Positions 1 to 9,965 of a stretch of 64,000 nucleotides of DNA are shown piece after piece. The stretch is taken from assembly GCA_028282585.1 (NCBI GenBank), contig JANQHR010000020.1:32001-96000 (forward strand), read 5' to 3'. Under the pieces are notes generated by a model. It ran no database searches and was not told the DNA's origin. It was given only the letters and a program-made list of their open reading frames with translations. Positions within the stretch are counted from its first letter, which is position 1. Every line of letters starts with the position of its first letter. The DNA comes from Bacteroidales bacterium (GTDB lineage Bacteria; Bacteroidota; Bacteroidia; Bacteroidales; UBA12077). Both the position numbers and the translations under genes were made by a program.

Positions 1-516
1 TTTATTATCCAAAAAACTTCAAGTACAGAACTATTCTTATTGCATTTTAAAGCTGATATTATTTTTTTAGTTCTTTCAATGACATTTACACTATTTATAT
101 ACTTTAACCAAGTTAAAACACATCATAATCTTCAGAATTATCATAAATATATTCATGGAATTATATCGCTAAGTGTATTGATTTGGTCTGTATTTAAATC
201 TATTTTATTTATAAAATATGGTAATGGATCCTATTCCTTAGCTTTTATCTCAATTCTTTTAACAAGCTTAATTTATCTTTTCCCAACACTCTTTCATTTT
301 GTGCAATTATTCTTTGTATGCATATTTGCCATTATTATATCATTGACTATGAGCATTACAATCAATGATATAATCTATGATTTCAGTATTCTTGTGGTTT
401 TTATTTTTCTTTCGATTTTAGTTTCCCGATATATATTTTATTTACAGTATAAAGTTCTTTTAAAAGAAAAAGAAATATTAAAATACAAAAGGAAAGTAAG
501 TAATGGGATAAAATAA
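1..516 (+). CDS. Multi-pass membrane protein of unknown function, 5'-truncated by the window edge
   Basis: The frame is open from base 1, so the TTG at 40 is probably internal. About five hydrophobic segments are followed by a basic tail. Confidence 0.6.
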   Translation, partial: FIIQKTSSTELFLLHFKADIIFLVLSMTFTLFIYFNQVKTHHNLQNYHKYIHGIISLSVLIWSVFKSILFIKYGNGSYSLAFISILLTSLIYLFPTLFHFVQLFFVCIFAIIISLTMSITINDIIYDFSILVVFIFLSILVSRYIFYLQYKVLLKEKEILKYKRKVSNGIK

Positions 517-517
517 C

Positions 518-544
518 AAACCAGACTATAAATAATCTGGTTTA
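518..544. terminator. Probable bidirectional intrinsic terminator between convergent genes
   Basis: AAACCAGA...TCTGGTTT stem with A/T runs on both sides. Confidence 0.55.
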
Positions 545-570
545 TTAATAAAAATATTATGTTTTAAAAT

Positions 571-3500
571 TTAAACTCTTACACCTAAAACTATTATATC
601 ATCTACTTGTTCCCATTTACCACGCCAATCATCTATTGTTTTATCCAATATATCCCGTTGCTCTACCATTGGTTTTTGATGAATCTCTAGTAATAAGTTT
701 TTAAAATTCTTGGTTTTAAATTTCTGCCCATCTTCTCCACCAAACTGATCCTGAAAACCATCCGAGAAGATATAAAATGTATCTCCTTTTCTCAGATCGA
801 TCTCGTTGTTTGTAAAGGATTCTTTTTCTTTTATATATATACCTATTGGCATTCTATCCGCCTTAACCTCCGTTAGTTCATTATTCCGGTATAAATACAT
901 TGGATTATAAGCTCCGGCATACTGCATTTTCATGTTTTCAAGATCAACAATACAAAGTGCTATATCCATACCATCTTTTGCTTCACCCTCTTTTCCCTCT
1001 TGTCCTAACGTTTTCTTTACATCCCTTCGAAGATCATTTAATATAACGCTCGCAGTCGTAATATCATGCCTGTTAACTATTTCGTTTAAGAAAGAAACTC
1101 CTAACATGCTCATAAACGCTCCAGGAACACCATGTCCTGTACAATCTGCAGCAATTAAAACTAATAAATTATCTTTTTTTGTCATCCAATAAAAATCTCC
1201 ACTTACAATATCCCTGGGTCTGAATAAAATAAAATGTTCCGGTAAGATCTCATTTGCATATTCATTTGAAGGAAGTACCGCGGTTTGAATTCTGCTTGCA
1301 TATTCTATACTATCCGTAATACTTCTATTTTTATCTGCTATCTCATCTCTTTGTTTTTCAATCTCATCTTTTTGCTTAACAACCTCTTCTGTTCTTTCTT
1401 TAACAATCTTTTCGAGTCTGATTTTCTCGAGCTCCAGTCTTCTTGTATAAATTTTAACAATTATAATTACAATAAATACGGCTAATACCAAATAAAAGAA
1501 ATATGCTACAATAGTCTTATACCAAGGTGGTTTTATTGAAAACTGATATTCAATAACTTCACTCTCAATTCCATAGATATTTCTAGCCTTTACTTTGAAC
1601 GTATAATTTCCCTCATCCAGGTTTGTATATCCCCTTTCAGTCTTAGTCTCCCAACTCGACCAATTATCATCAAATCCTTCTAATTTATAACTATATTTAA
1701 TTTCATCGCTTGGCATATAAGGAGTTGTGTAAAAAAACACAAAAGAATTATCCTTGTACTTAGCTACTGTTTTAAGTTCATCAGGTTGTTTTACATCAAC
1801 AATAAATTTCGTTGTGTCTTGATAATAAGTTCCATAGAAAACAACAGAATCAATTCCCATCTCAACTTTACGAATAAGGCTATTATAATATCTGGTAAAA
1901 TCTTCGCTTAGTTTTTCCTGATAATTATAAATTGCGTCAGATGTAGCAATCCAAACACCGTTCTTATTATCTGGCGTTACTTTATAAAATGATTTATTAA
2001 CTAATCGTTTAAACGGAATATCCGTAATTGTGATTATCCTATCTTGACTAATTGTTATTTTATCCAGGTACTCAACACCGGTATTTTGATCAACAGCTAT
2101 AATCCAGTACTCTTTATCAGAAACTTTTTCAATATATTTAACTTCATCATTACTATTAAAATATTTTTCACCAAACCCCTGGTACTTCTCAAATCTATCT
2201 TTATCTATACTATAATAATAAACTCCTTTTTTTGTACATACAACTATTTGATAACCAATAGCATAAGCTCTTATGTTTTTAGTATCGGGCAAGCCATGTT
2301 CTTCGTTAAACTTAGTAAGAACATGATCGGAATCTAACTTTATTATACCGTTTAGTGAAGTACCTAACCAAATATCACCATTTTTATCTTCTACAACTGT
2401 CAATATCTCAGCTTTAAAATCCTCTTTAACAGAACCATGGTCTATCCATTTTCCATTTTTATATTCAATCAAAACAAGTCCGCTTTTAGTTCCAATATAA
2501 ATATTATTAGGATTAGTTTTGGATTGATAAATAAAATCGATTTCATATTCCTCCTCCGAAATCTTATCAGGTTCCTTATCCTTACCTTTATATTCAAGTA
2601 AACCATATTGCGTACCTAAGAAAAGTCTAGTTTCGCCCGATATCTTATCAAGAAATACCTCTAAATAACTAACAGTTCCTTCAAATTGAACCTTTTTAAA
2701 TAAAGGTTGCTTATTGATATTGTAATCTAAATAGTATAAACCAATATTCGTAGCAACTAAAAGTGTTTCATTATAACGTATAACAGTTAATATGATTCCC
2801 TCAATACCGTACTCCTGCCCTAACCTTGTAAATGGAGTATTTAATTCAACAAAAGAAATTCCTTTATTAAGTCCTAACCATAAATGCCCATTGTAAGATT
2901 CATATAAATTAATTACGGTTAAATCTTGCAATCCATTTTCTTTATCCAACTTATAAATAAGTTCTCCTTCAGGAGTAAAAACTAAACAGCCATTATTTAA
3001 TGTTGCCAATGCATAATTTCCATTTGAAAGTTTTATTCCATTGTAAATTAGTGAATTGTTTAATTCTGATGTTAAATGCTTAAAATTCTCTCCCGGAAGA
3101 ACAAAATCCTTAACTAATCCTGTTGTTGAATTATAAATATAAAGCCCGTGGTGCATTGTCGATACTAAAATTTCCGATTCGGACCAAGGCAACATAACAA
3201 ATACGTCTTTTTCTTTAAAAAAATCTCCACCATTTGAAAGTATCACAGAATCTTTGGTTAATTCATACAATCCATCATCATAATGTCCCCAATATATTTT
3301 ACCATTTACATAAAAGCTTAAAAATGATCCTTCTTTATTCCTATATATTTTTGATAATGATTTTTCGGAGTACTTATATATTTTTTTATCACTACAGAAA
3401 TAAACATCTTTTTCATCTGTAAATATTTTCCAAACATCTTTAAATTCGGTAGAATCTAACTGATCAATTAAAGTTACATATTGCATCTCCCCTAACTTAT

Positions 3501-3819
3501 TTGGTGCCAGGTATCCAAATTCATCTACCCCTCCAACATATACAGTACCGTTCGAATACGCCAGGGATCTTACAATTGAACCATTTGCAATGGGTATTTT
3601 ATTCCATTTATTACCATCGAATTCAAGAACACCATCGTCATTATTCGCAACATATATAACCCCTCTTTGATCTTCGCAAACAGCCCAATTCTGTTCTGCG
3701 GCATCATAATCGTTAGGTGCGTAATTCTTTATAAAAGGAATTCCATTTTTGTTAACTTGTGCAAATAAGGAAATATTTAGTATTAAAGAGATGAAAAACA
3801 GGCTATACTTTCTTACCAT
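571..3819 (-). CDS. Periplasmic beta-propeller/Y_Y_Y sensor fused to a SpoIIE (PP2C) phosphatase
   Basis: Signal peptide from ATG 3819 (the ORF track starts at 3864). Propeller repeats, YSYKLEGFD...YTNLDEGNYTFKV, a TM helix and a coiled coil precede PP2C motifs VSGDFYW, DCTGHGVPGA, DGMD, SDGFQDQFGG and QVDDI. Confidence 0.9.
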   Translation of the reverse strand: MVRKYSLFFISLILNISLFAQVNKNGIPFIKNYAPNDYDAAEQNWAVCEDQRGVIYVANNDDGVLEFDGNKWNKIPIANGSIVRSLAYSNGTVYVGGVDEFGYLAPNKLGEMQYVTLIDQLDSTEFKDVWKIFTDEKDVYFCSDKKIYKYSEKSLSKIYRNKEGSFLSFYVNGKIYWGHYDDGLYELTKDSVILSNGGDFFKEKDVFVMLPWSESEILVSTMHHGLYIYNSTTGLVKDFVLPGENFKHLTSELNNSLIYNGIKLSNGNYALATLNNGCLVFTPEGELIYKLDKENGLQDLTVINLYESYNGHLWLGLNKGISFVELNTPFTRLGQEYGIEGIILTVIRYNETLLVATNIGLYYLDYNINKQPLFKKVQFEGTVSYLEVFLDKISGETRLFLGTQYGLLEYKGKDKEPDKISEEEYEIDFIYQSKTNPNNIYIGTKSGLVLIEYKNGKWIDHGSVKEDFKAEILTVVEDKNGDIWLGTSLNGIIKLDSDHVLTKFNEEHGLPDTKNIRAYAIGYQIVVCTKKGVYYYSIDKDRFEKYQGFGEKYFNSNDEVKYIEKVSDKEYWIIAVDQNTGVEYLDKITISQDRIITITDIPFKRLVNKSFYKVTPDNKNGVWIATSDAIYNYQEKLSEDFTRYYNSLIRKVEMGIDSVVFYGTYYQDTTKFIVDVKQPDELKTVAKYKDNSFVFFYTTPYMPSDEIKYSYKLEGFDDNWSSWETKTERGYTNLDEGNYTFKVKARNIYGIESEVIEYQFSIKPPWYKTIVAYFFYLVLAVFIVIIIVKIYTRRLELEKIRLEKIVKERTEEVVKQKDEIEKQRDEIADKNRSITDSIEYASRIQTAVLPSNEYANEILPEHFILFRPRDIVSGDFYWMTKKDNLLVLIAADCTGHGVPGAFMSMLGVSFLNEIVNRHDITTASVILNDLRRDVKKTLGQEGKEGEAKDGMDIALCIVDLENMKMQYAGAYNPMYLYRNNELTEVKADRMPIGIYIKEKESFTNNEIDLRKGDTFYIFSDGFQDQFGGEDGQKFKTKNFKNLLLEIHQKPMVEQRDILDKTIDDWRGKWEQVDDIIVLGVRV

Positions 3820-4163
3820 AGTAGATTTATTTCGATCGAAAAACAATATAAATATAAAAAACAAAAAGACAAAATACTAAAAAATAGTATGTTGTATTTT
3901 AAATTGAATTAAACTTTAAATTATTATTTTTGTTTAGATATCAATTTTCAATTAATCGTTCTAAATTTGTACAATTACGACACAAATATCTATTCCATTC
4001 AAAATTTACGTTCCACGTATGTTTTATTAAATCTGAATTTTCAGTTGATAATATTTCACCAGAAATTAAGTTTCAAGTATCGGATTATTAAAGTACTTTA
4101 GCTTTTACTTAAATTTTGTTCTTAGGTTTTACAGAACAATAAGTTTCTTCATATTTATAAAGT

Positions 4164-6203
4164 CTATAATGTCATTAACTGAAAATTAACACCATCGTAT
4201 ATTAACAAATGAATGCCTCCCGCATTGATCTCTCCGCCGGAAAGTTCTGAACCGGAAGGCAATATTATTGATTTTTCATCCAGATCGTTGATTTTAATAG
4301 TTGAAACTGTTGTATTCGTATTTGAAAATTTTATATAAAATGCCATTCCTTCAATATACATTGCAATACTACTGACTTCAGCCGTATAAGTATTGGTTCC
4401 GGATGCTGATCCATAGTTAATTGACCCATTTATTACTACTTTATCTTCCTTAAAATCGCCATAAATTAATGGGTTTGGCATACTACTATTTTCAATATAT
4501 AGCTTTTGAGAACCCGTTGCGTTAAAACCAGCGTTATAACCAATGTATACACTGCTATCACCCTCAACATTCATACCTGCCGCGACCCCAATATATATGT
4601 TACTGTTTCCATAGCTCCATCCTCCTGCATTGTAACCAACCGCAACATTTTCACTCCCGGTTGAATCTTTATTTACAGCAAGCGCACCAATTAACGTATT
4701 TTTATATCCTTTGGTAATTCCTAAACCTGTTTGATGACCCAGAAATGTATTTTGAGTTCCGGTGGTGACCTGTTGTCCTGAATAGGAACCGATTAAAGTA
4801 TTTTCAACGGCAGATTCAACAAATATACCGACACGTTTTCCAATAAAAATGTTTTCACTACCATCAACATTATGATATCCTGCCAGTTCTCCTATAAAAA
4901 TATTATCATTTCCACTTTTGTTTGCTCTTCCAGCCTTATTTCCAATAAATGTATTCATTATTCCGGTTGTATTATTGTAACCAGTTTCAAATCCAACGAA
5001 TACATTATCATCTCCATCAATATTAGAATATCCACTTTGACTTCCCAAAAATACATTATTAATACCTTCAGTATTTGTATATCCTGAACTACTTCCAATA
5101 AAAACATTATCGTAACCTAATGTATTATTAAAGCCTGATTGAGAACCAATATAAACATTAGACATACCATGTGTGTTATCTTTTGCAGTTTGATATCCAA
5201 TGAATATATTTCTTGATCCGGTTTCATTTTCCCTACCTGTTTGATATCCTAAAAACACATTGTAATTTCCAAAATCCGGACTATCCAATGTTTTCTGACC
5301 ACTTTCGTGCCCTATAAAATAATTTTCCGGAGTTATGTCAAGAAAATTATCAACGTTACCTTTTGATGGATTTCTACCACTAACAGCAAATCCACCAACT
5401 TTTCCTTTTGTAGCTTCTTGATTAACATATATTCTTGTACTATCGGCAGTTACAACTAAATATTCTTCTTCTATTGATTTGCTTGGGTTACGGCCACTTA
5501 CAGCAAAACCTCCAACTTTTGCTTTACTTTGAGGTTGATTTACGTAAATTCTTGTGCTATCAGCGGTTACAACCATGTATGTTTCTTCTGTTGATTTACT
5601 GGGATTACGACCGCTAACAGCAAACCCCCCAACCTTTGCTTTTGTAGTTTCATTTACATACACTACCGCACCATCGGGATATACGGCAAATACTACGTTG
5701 CCATTGCGATCTTTTACTGCAAATAGTGTATCTGTATCGGTTACATATATTATGTCATCTTCTAATCTTTTTGCAACGTTTGCTGTATCTGCTTTTATTG
5801 ATTTAGCAGCTTTATCAGAGTAAAGTGAATATGGCACTGATAACAATTGAATTATACCCATTTCCTTATAAGAGGTCCCGCCACTCTCATCTATCTCTAT
5901 TTTTAAAAAGTAATCATTACTACCCCAATCGATTAAACCGAAATCATTGGATTGGTTTGTTCCATTTCCTATTTCTAAATTACATTGTCCATAACTATTT
6001 GAAGTTACATTATGATTCTCATTATATACATCTGTACCGGTTTCGCTTCCTTCTAAAATAGTTATTCTGAAGTTAACATCCTGATTTGTTATTAACTCTC
6101 CATTGTTATTTCTTATTATAGATTGATAGTTAAAATAATCAGATTGAGCAAAAATGTTTAATGTTAGAATTATTAAAATTCCTAATAGTAATTTTTTTTT
6201 CAT
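4164..6203 (-). CDS. Exported fibre/adhesin-like protein with 39-aa repeats and a YadA-head-like beta-roll
   Basis: Signal peptide; FNYQSIIRN...LLSVPYSLYS N-domain typical of Bacteroidota fibre proteins; 3x KVGGFAVSGRNPSK; about 15 N(V/I/T)FxG repeats. Confidence 0.75.
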   Translation of the reverse strand: MKKKLLLGILIILTLNIFAQSDYFNYQSIIRNNNGELITNQDVNFRITILEGSETGTDVYNENHNVTSNSYGQCNLEIGNGTNQSNDFGLIDWGSNDYFLKIEIDESGGTSYKEMGIIQLLSVPYSLYSDKAAKSIKADTANVAKRLEDDIIYVTDTDTLFAVKDRNGNVVFAVYPDGAVVYVNETTKAKVGGFAVSGRNPSKSTEETYMVVTADSTRIYVNQPQSKAKVGGFAVSGRNPSKSIEEEYLVVTADSTRIYVNQEATKGKVGGFAVSGRNPSKGNVDNFLDITPENYFIGHESGQKTLDSPDFGNYNVFLGYQTGRENETGSRNIFIGYQTAKDNTHGMSNVYIGSQSGFNNTLGYDNVFIGSSSGYTNTEGINNVFLGSQSGYSNIDGDDNVFVGFETGYNNTTGIMNTFIGNKAGRANKSGNDNIFIGELAGYHNVDGSENIFIGKRVGIFVESAVENTLIGSYSGQQVTTGTQNTFLGHQTGLGITKGYKNTLIGALAVNKDSTGSENVAVGYNAGGWSYGNSNIYIGVAAGMNVEGDSSVYIGYNAGFNATGSQKLYIENSSMPNPLIYGDFKEDKVVINGSINYGSASGTNTYTAEVSSIAMYIEGMAFYIKFSNTNTTVSTIKINDLDEKSIILPSGSELSGGEINAGGIHLLIYDGVNFQLMTL
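4506..5261 (-). repeat. Degenerate 17-aa (then 16-aa) beta-roll repeat array
   Basis: NVFLGYQTGRENETGSR / NIFIGYQTAKDNTHGMS / NVYIGSQSGFNNTLGYD and so on, about 15 units. Confidence 0.85.
5361..5665 (-). repeat. Intragenic tandem repeat, 117-bp (39-aa) period, about 2.6-3 copies
   Basis: Equivalent GCAAA..CCAAC cores at 5386, 5503 and 5620, exactly 117 bp apart. Confidence 0.9.
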
Positions 6204-6260
6204 AGTAAGTTAGGTTTTAGTTGGGCATTTAATTTAGTAATAATATTCCAAAAAATAAAT

Positions 6261-6287
6261 AAAAAAGGTTGCCTATTGACAAGCTTT
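6261..6287 (-). terminator. Intrinsic terminator downstream of the S74 pseudogene
   Basis: The minus strand reads AAAGCTTGTC-AATA-GGCAACCTTT (one mismatch), followed by further T. Confidence 0.5.
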
Positions 6288-6306
6288 ATTCCTAGTAATA
6301 ATCTTA

Positions 6307-6632
6307 TTATCTTGATTTTAATATATCAACTTCTCTCTTTAGATCAAAAATCATTTCCTTTAACTCTTAACTCTCTTATTATGGCCTATTGTTCCTGAAC
6401 TGCTTTTGTTAGGACAAGAATTAATTTCATTTGGCTGATTTTCAATATATCTTTTTATTTATTATAGGATACCATACCTGGAAATACCTTATTTGTTTCT
6501 TGAGCAATAAAACCTAATTTATCGATTCCGGAACTATCTTTATATTCAAAATCTACAACCCTTAACTTTTCTATAATATTAAGACCATATACCAATAAAA
6601 AACATCATAAATAATAAAATATTCCTTTTCAA
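6307..6632 (-). pseudogene. Remnant of an exported protein with a peptidase S74 (intramolecular chaperone) C-terminal domain
   Basis: Not in the ORF track. From 6595 the minus strand reads LVYGLNIIEKLRVVDFEYKDSSGIDKLGFIAQETNKVFPGMVSYNK*KDILKISQMKLILVLTKAVQEQ*AIIREL, then frameshifts to ELKEMIFDLKREVDILKSR*. A signal-peptide-like stub (TTG 6632, KRNILLFMMFFIGIWS*) lies just upstream, out of frame. Confidence 0.75.
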
Positions 6633-6907
6633 GGTGGTAATTATTTGGTTAGCGAATTGTAATCAGTACTGAAATAGGTTATATATTCATAACTAAATAA
6701 ATTTAAGGATTATACAGGTCAAATTTCATGAGTTTTGATAAAAGCGGTTAAAGAGTTTAAGTGTGCGAATTTATTTACTTTTCGTTGATATTTAACCATT
6801 TGTGAATTTAATTACCTAATAACGTTTAAGCACAAATACAAAAAGGTTTCTATGTATAATTTCTGAAGAGAGTTTTATATGCTTAACTAAAAAATAGTAA
6901 ATACAAC

Positions 6908-8875
6908 TTAACTAATTAACGCCCAACCTTTAAATAGAAAGTCTTCGCGTAGCTTCTCTTTTGCTTCTATTTTATCATTACTTAAGAATACAAATACAGC
7001 TACTTCTGTTTTTTGTTCATATTTAATAGGTTCCTGAGGTTTTTTTGCTTTTATTAAAATGTGTGATCCACAATAATCCAGAATTTCTTTTTTATTTTCA
7101 AGTTCAAATAAATACCACTCTGAATTTCCGGAAACAGTTTCATGTCTAATTACTTTCCCCTTGTTTGGAAATAGCCGCATTAAATCCCTGTTCTTTGATA
7201 TTGCCTCTATATCAAAGTTGTCACCTATAGCATTTTTTGGATTATGATCCAATTTTAATGAAAATCTTGGTAATTTTATTTGTATTGGCTTCCACCTGCG
7301 ATGCTTAACACTTATAGTTCCAAGATTTGCAGATATAAAAATAATTAAATAACCACCTGAAATCAAAGAACTTCTCAAACTAATCCAACCATCTTCATGC
7401 CCAAAACGAAACGAAATTGCCAAATATTGAAACATTAAAATGAATGAAAGAGAATATATTAAATAATTTTGAAGCTTTCGTCGATTTAGATGTATCGTTT
7501 CATCGTAAAACTCTGAATTACTTAAAGCATTTGAAATTAAAGTATTAAAAAACGAAAAACAGAATATTAATATTATAATTGATATTAGCCCGAATTGACT
7601 AACTACCGGATTTATTAACCAAAAATTATATAAGCCATGTATAACTGCTGCTAAAAGAAAATACTTTGCAAAATCCGTAAGTAAACTTTTTCTTGCTTTA
7701 TATTTATCTAACATTAGCCCATAAGCAGCTAATGACGTAAGGAACATGTGAAAAACTACGGCCGTTAAAGCCCGCCCCATAATAATTTGAGGGCCATAGC
7801 TATTAAAATAAAGCAGGTTTTCTGCAAACGCAAAACCCAAAGCTGAAACCGACCCATAAACTAAATAATCAACCGGCTCATTAATTGCTTTAGAGTATTT
7901 CAAGATTAAAATCACCGGAAGGATCTTTACAAACTCCTCAATCACGCCAATTCCAATAATACAATAAAGTAAATCGTTCCATACTTTTCCGTTCAACGAA
8001 AATCCTGTAAACATCGAATTTAAATCGCTTAATAAGAAAGTTATTTTTGAGAATAATACACCAAGGAGAAAGATAAGTATAAGATGCTTCCATTTTTCTG
8101 GCTCATAAATATCAATTTTACGTAAATAGAATAACCAACTGATCATAACTAATAATGCTCCCAAAAACCCTATTAAACTTTGATTCTGATATATATGAGA
8201 AAAAACTGCTTCGAAATAGCCTAGTAAATTAAAATTTGACAGGAATAAATACCGTTTCAATTGAGATGGAAAATATACGCGTGCTTTCTTCTCTTTTAGT
8301 AATTCATATAAATCGTTAATCCTATTTTGTGTTGAATATAAATTAATAAGATTTGCATAAGCACCTTCCAGGTTTCCATTAGCTTCAATGGCTTTTTTGT
8401 AATATTCCTCGGCTTGATTAAAATTTTGTAAAGCGTAATAAATTCGTCCTGTTGAATTATTTAGATACTTTAATTCGGTGTTATTAACCTGGGTAAAATA
8501 GAGCAAAGCATTATTGTAATTCTGTTTCATAGATGAAATCAATCCTAATGAATAAAATCCAATATCATTCGCTTTTAAATCATCATAATCCGTATAGGCC
8601 CAGTAAATATCAATTAAATCTTTTTCGTTTATTATTCTTGAGCCTGGCGGGTATGCATAATAAGAAGTTATTAAACCGTAGTGGTTATCTATATTCATTG
8701 AATCTTTTGCAACAATCTCCAGGTATATTAAATCAAGGCGTTCATTTTGCTTTTCTTTTAAAATAAAATTTAAACGATCCTCTGGTGTTTCGAAAGTTGG
8801 TTTATGAACAAAACGGTTAACTAATAGAACAGCTATTATAAAACTGCCTATTACAATAATTAAAGATTTTCTCAT
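6908..8875 (-). CDS. PrsW-family intramembrane metalloprotease with an N-terminal TPR domain
   Basis: Motifs IEEFVK, FAFAENLLY, FHMFLT and IHGLYN in a multi-TM region; TPR-like helices follow the first TM segment. Confidence 0.85.
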   Translation of the reverse strand: MRKSLIIVIGSFIIAVLLVNRFVHKPTFETPEDRLNFILKEKQNERLDLIYLEIVAKDSMNIDNHYGLITSYYAYPPGSRIINEKDLIDIYWAYTDYDDLKANDIGFYSLGLISSMKQNYNNALLYFTQVNNTELKYLNNSTGRIYYALQNFNQAEEYYKKAIEANGNLEGAYANLINLYSTQNRINDLYELLKEKKARVYFPSQLKRYLFLSNFNLLGYFEAVFSHIYQNQSLIGFLGALLVMISWLFYLRKIDIYEPEKWKHLILIFLLGVLFSKITFLLSDLNSMFTGFSLNGKVWNDLLYCIIGIGVIEEFVKILPVILILKYSKAINEPVDYLVYGSVSALGFAFAENLLYFNSYGPQIIMGRALTAVVFHMFLTSLAAYGLMLDKYKARKSLLTDFAKYFLLAAVIHGLYNFWLINPVVSQFGLISIIILIFCFSFFNTLISNALSNSEFYDETIHLNRRKLQNYLIYSLSFILMFQYLAISFRFGHEDGWISLRSSLISGGYLIIFISANLGTISVKHRRWKPIQIKLPRFSLKLDHNPKNAIGDNFDIEAISKNRDLMRLFPNKGKVIRHETVSGNSEWYLFELENKKEILDYCGSHILIKAKKPQEPIKYEQKTEVAVFVFLSNDKIEAKEKLREDFLFKGWALIS

Positions 8876-8897
8876 TTTGATTTTTATACATTAAACT

Positions 8898-9905
8898 TTA
8901 TCGTGCAGAATTCTTTGATATCACACGAGGTACTTTATGCTCTGACAACATTAAATCAGCTAATACTATTGCCGTTACGGCTTCTAATACTACAGGTACT
9001 CTTAAAGCTATACATGCATCATGCCTACCTCGTACTATTAATTCTTCCTGTTGACCTGTATTTAAATTAACTGTTTTTTGTGTTTTAGATATACTTGATG
9101 TAGGTTTTACTGCAACTCGGAAAATTAATGGATTTCCATTGGTAATTCCACCATTAATTCCACCCGCAAAATTAGTTATTGTTTTACCCGTTGTATCTAT
9201 TAACTGATCATTATGCTCGCTTCCAAACATTTTCGCCGCACTAAATCCTGATCCAAACTCTATTCCTTTAATGGCTGGAATCGAAAAAACAATATGACCT
9301 AAAAGAGATTCTACAGAATCAAAAAATGGTTCACCCAATCCAATCCAAATATTCTCGGCTTTACATTCAACTATACCACCTATTGAATCTTTATTTTTAA
9401 TTGCATTATCAATTGCTTTTTCAACATCTAATTCACCTCCTGCCTCAATCAAACTTGCCTGAATATGGACAGGATGTATCAATTTCTTTGCTATGATCCC
9501 GGCTGCAACTAACCCTAAAGTTAACCTACCTGAAAAATGTCCTCCTCCTCTAAAATCATTAAATCCTCCAAATTTCATTTTAGCAGTAAAATCAGCATGT
9601 CCAGGACGTGGAAAATTGAATAAATCTTTATAGTCCTCTGATTTTGTATTTTTATTATAAAATGAAATTAATATTGGTGCTCCTGTTGTATATCCATTAA
9701 ATATACCAGACTCTATGTTCGGCAGGTCATCTTCTATTCTTGGTGTTGTTCCTTTTGCTCCACTTTTTCTGCGTAATAAATCATCCATAAAGTCCTCTTT
9801 AGATAAAAGCAATCCTGCCGGGCAACCATCAATTAAAACACCTACCTGTTTACCATGTGATTCTCCAAAAATGTTAACTCTAAATAATCTTCCGAATGAA
9901 TTCAT
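8898..9905 (-). CDS. aroC: Chorismate synthase
   Basis: FGESHG, PRPGHAD, GGGHFSGR, SIPAIKGIEFG, GGINGGITNG, KPTSSI and GRHDACI motifs. Confidence 0.97.
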   Translation of the reverse strand: MNSFGRLFRVNIFGESHGKQVGVLIDGCPAGLLLSKEDFMDDLLRRKSGAKGTTPRIEDDLPNIESGIFNGYTTGAPILISFYNKNTKSEDYKDLFNFPRPGHADFTAKMKFGGFNDFRGGGHFSGRLTLGLVAAGIIAKKLIHPVHIQASLIEAGGELDVEKAIDNAIKNKDSIGGIVECKAENIWIGLGEPFFDSVESLLGHIVFSIPAIKGIEFGSGFSAAKMFGSEHNDQLIDTTGKTITNFAGGINGGITNGNPLIFRVAVKPTSSISKTQKTVNLNTGQQEELIVRGRHDACIALRVPVVLEAVTAIVLADLMLSEHKVPRVISKNSAR

Positions 9906-9965
9906 ACTTTGTTTTGTTTCAGGAAATGAAAATAGTGATTATTGGAAGACAATCAAAATCCAGTT

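Noticed and set aside
3940-4152. Minus-strand fragments MKKLIVL* and ...LSTENSDLIKHTWNVNF..., faintly like a DUF1566/C-type-lectin remnant (DGR target type)
   Set aside because: The similarity is too short to support, and there is no reverse transcriptase or template repeat in the window.
4506-5665. Regularly spaced repeats as a CRISPR array
   Set aside because: The repeats are in-frame, vary at synonymous positions and lie inside a CDS; there are no cas genes.
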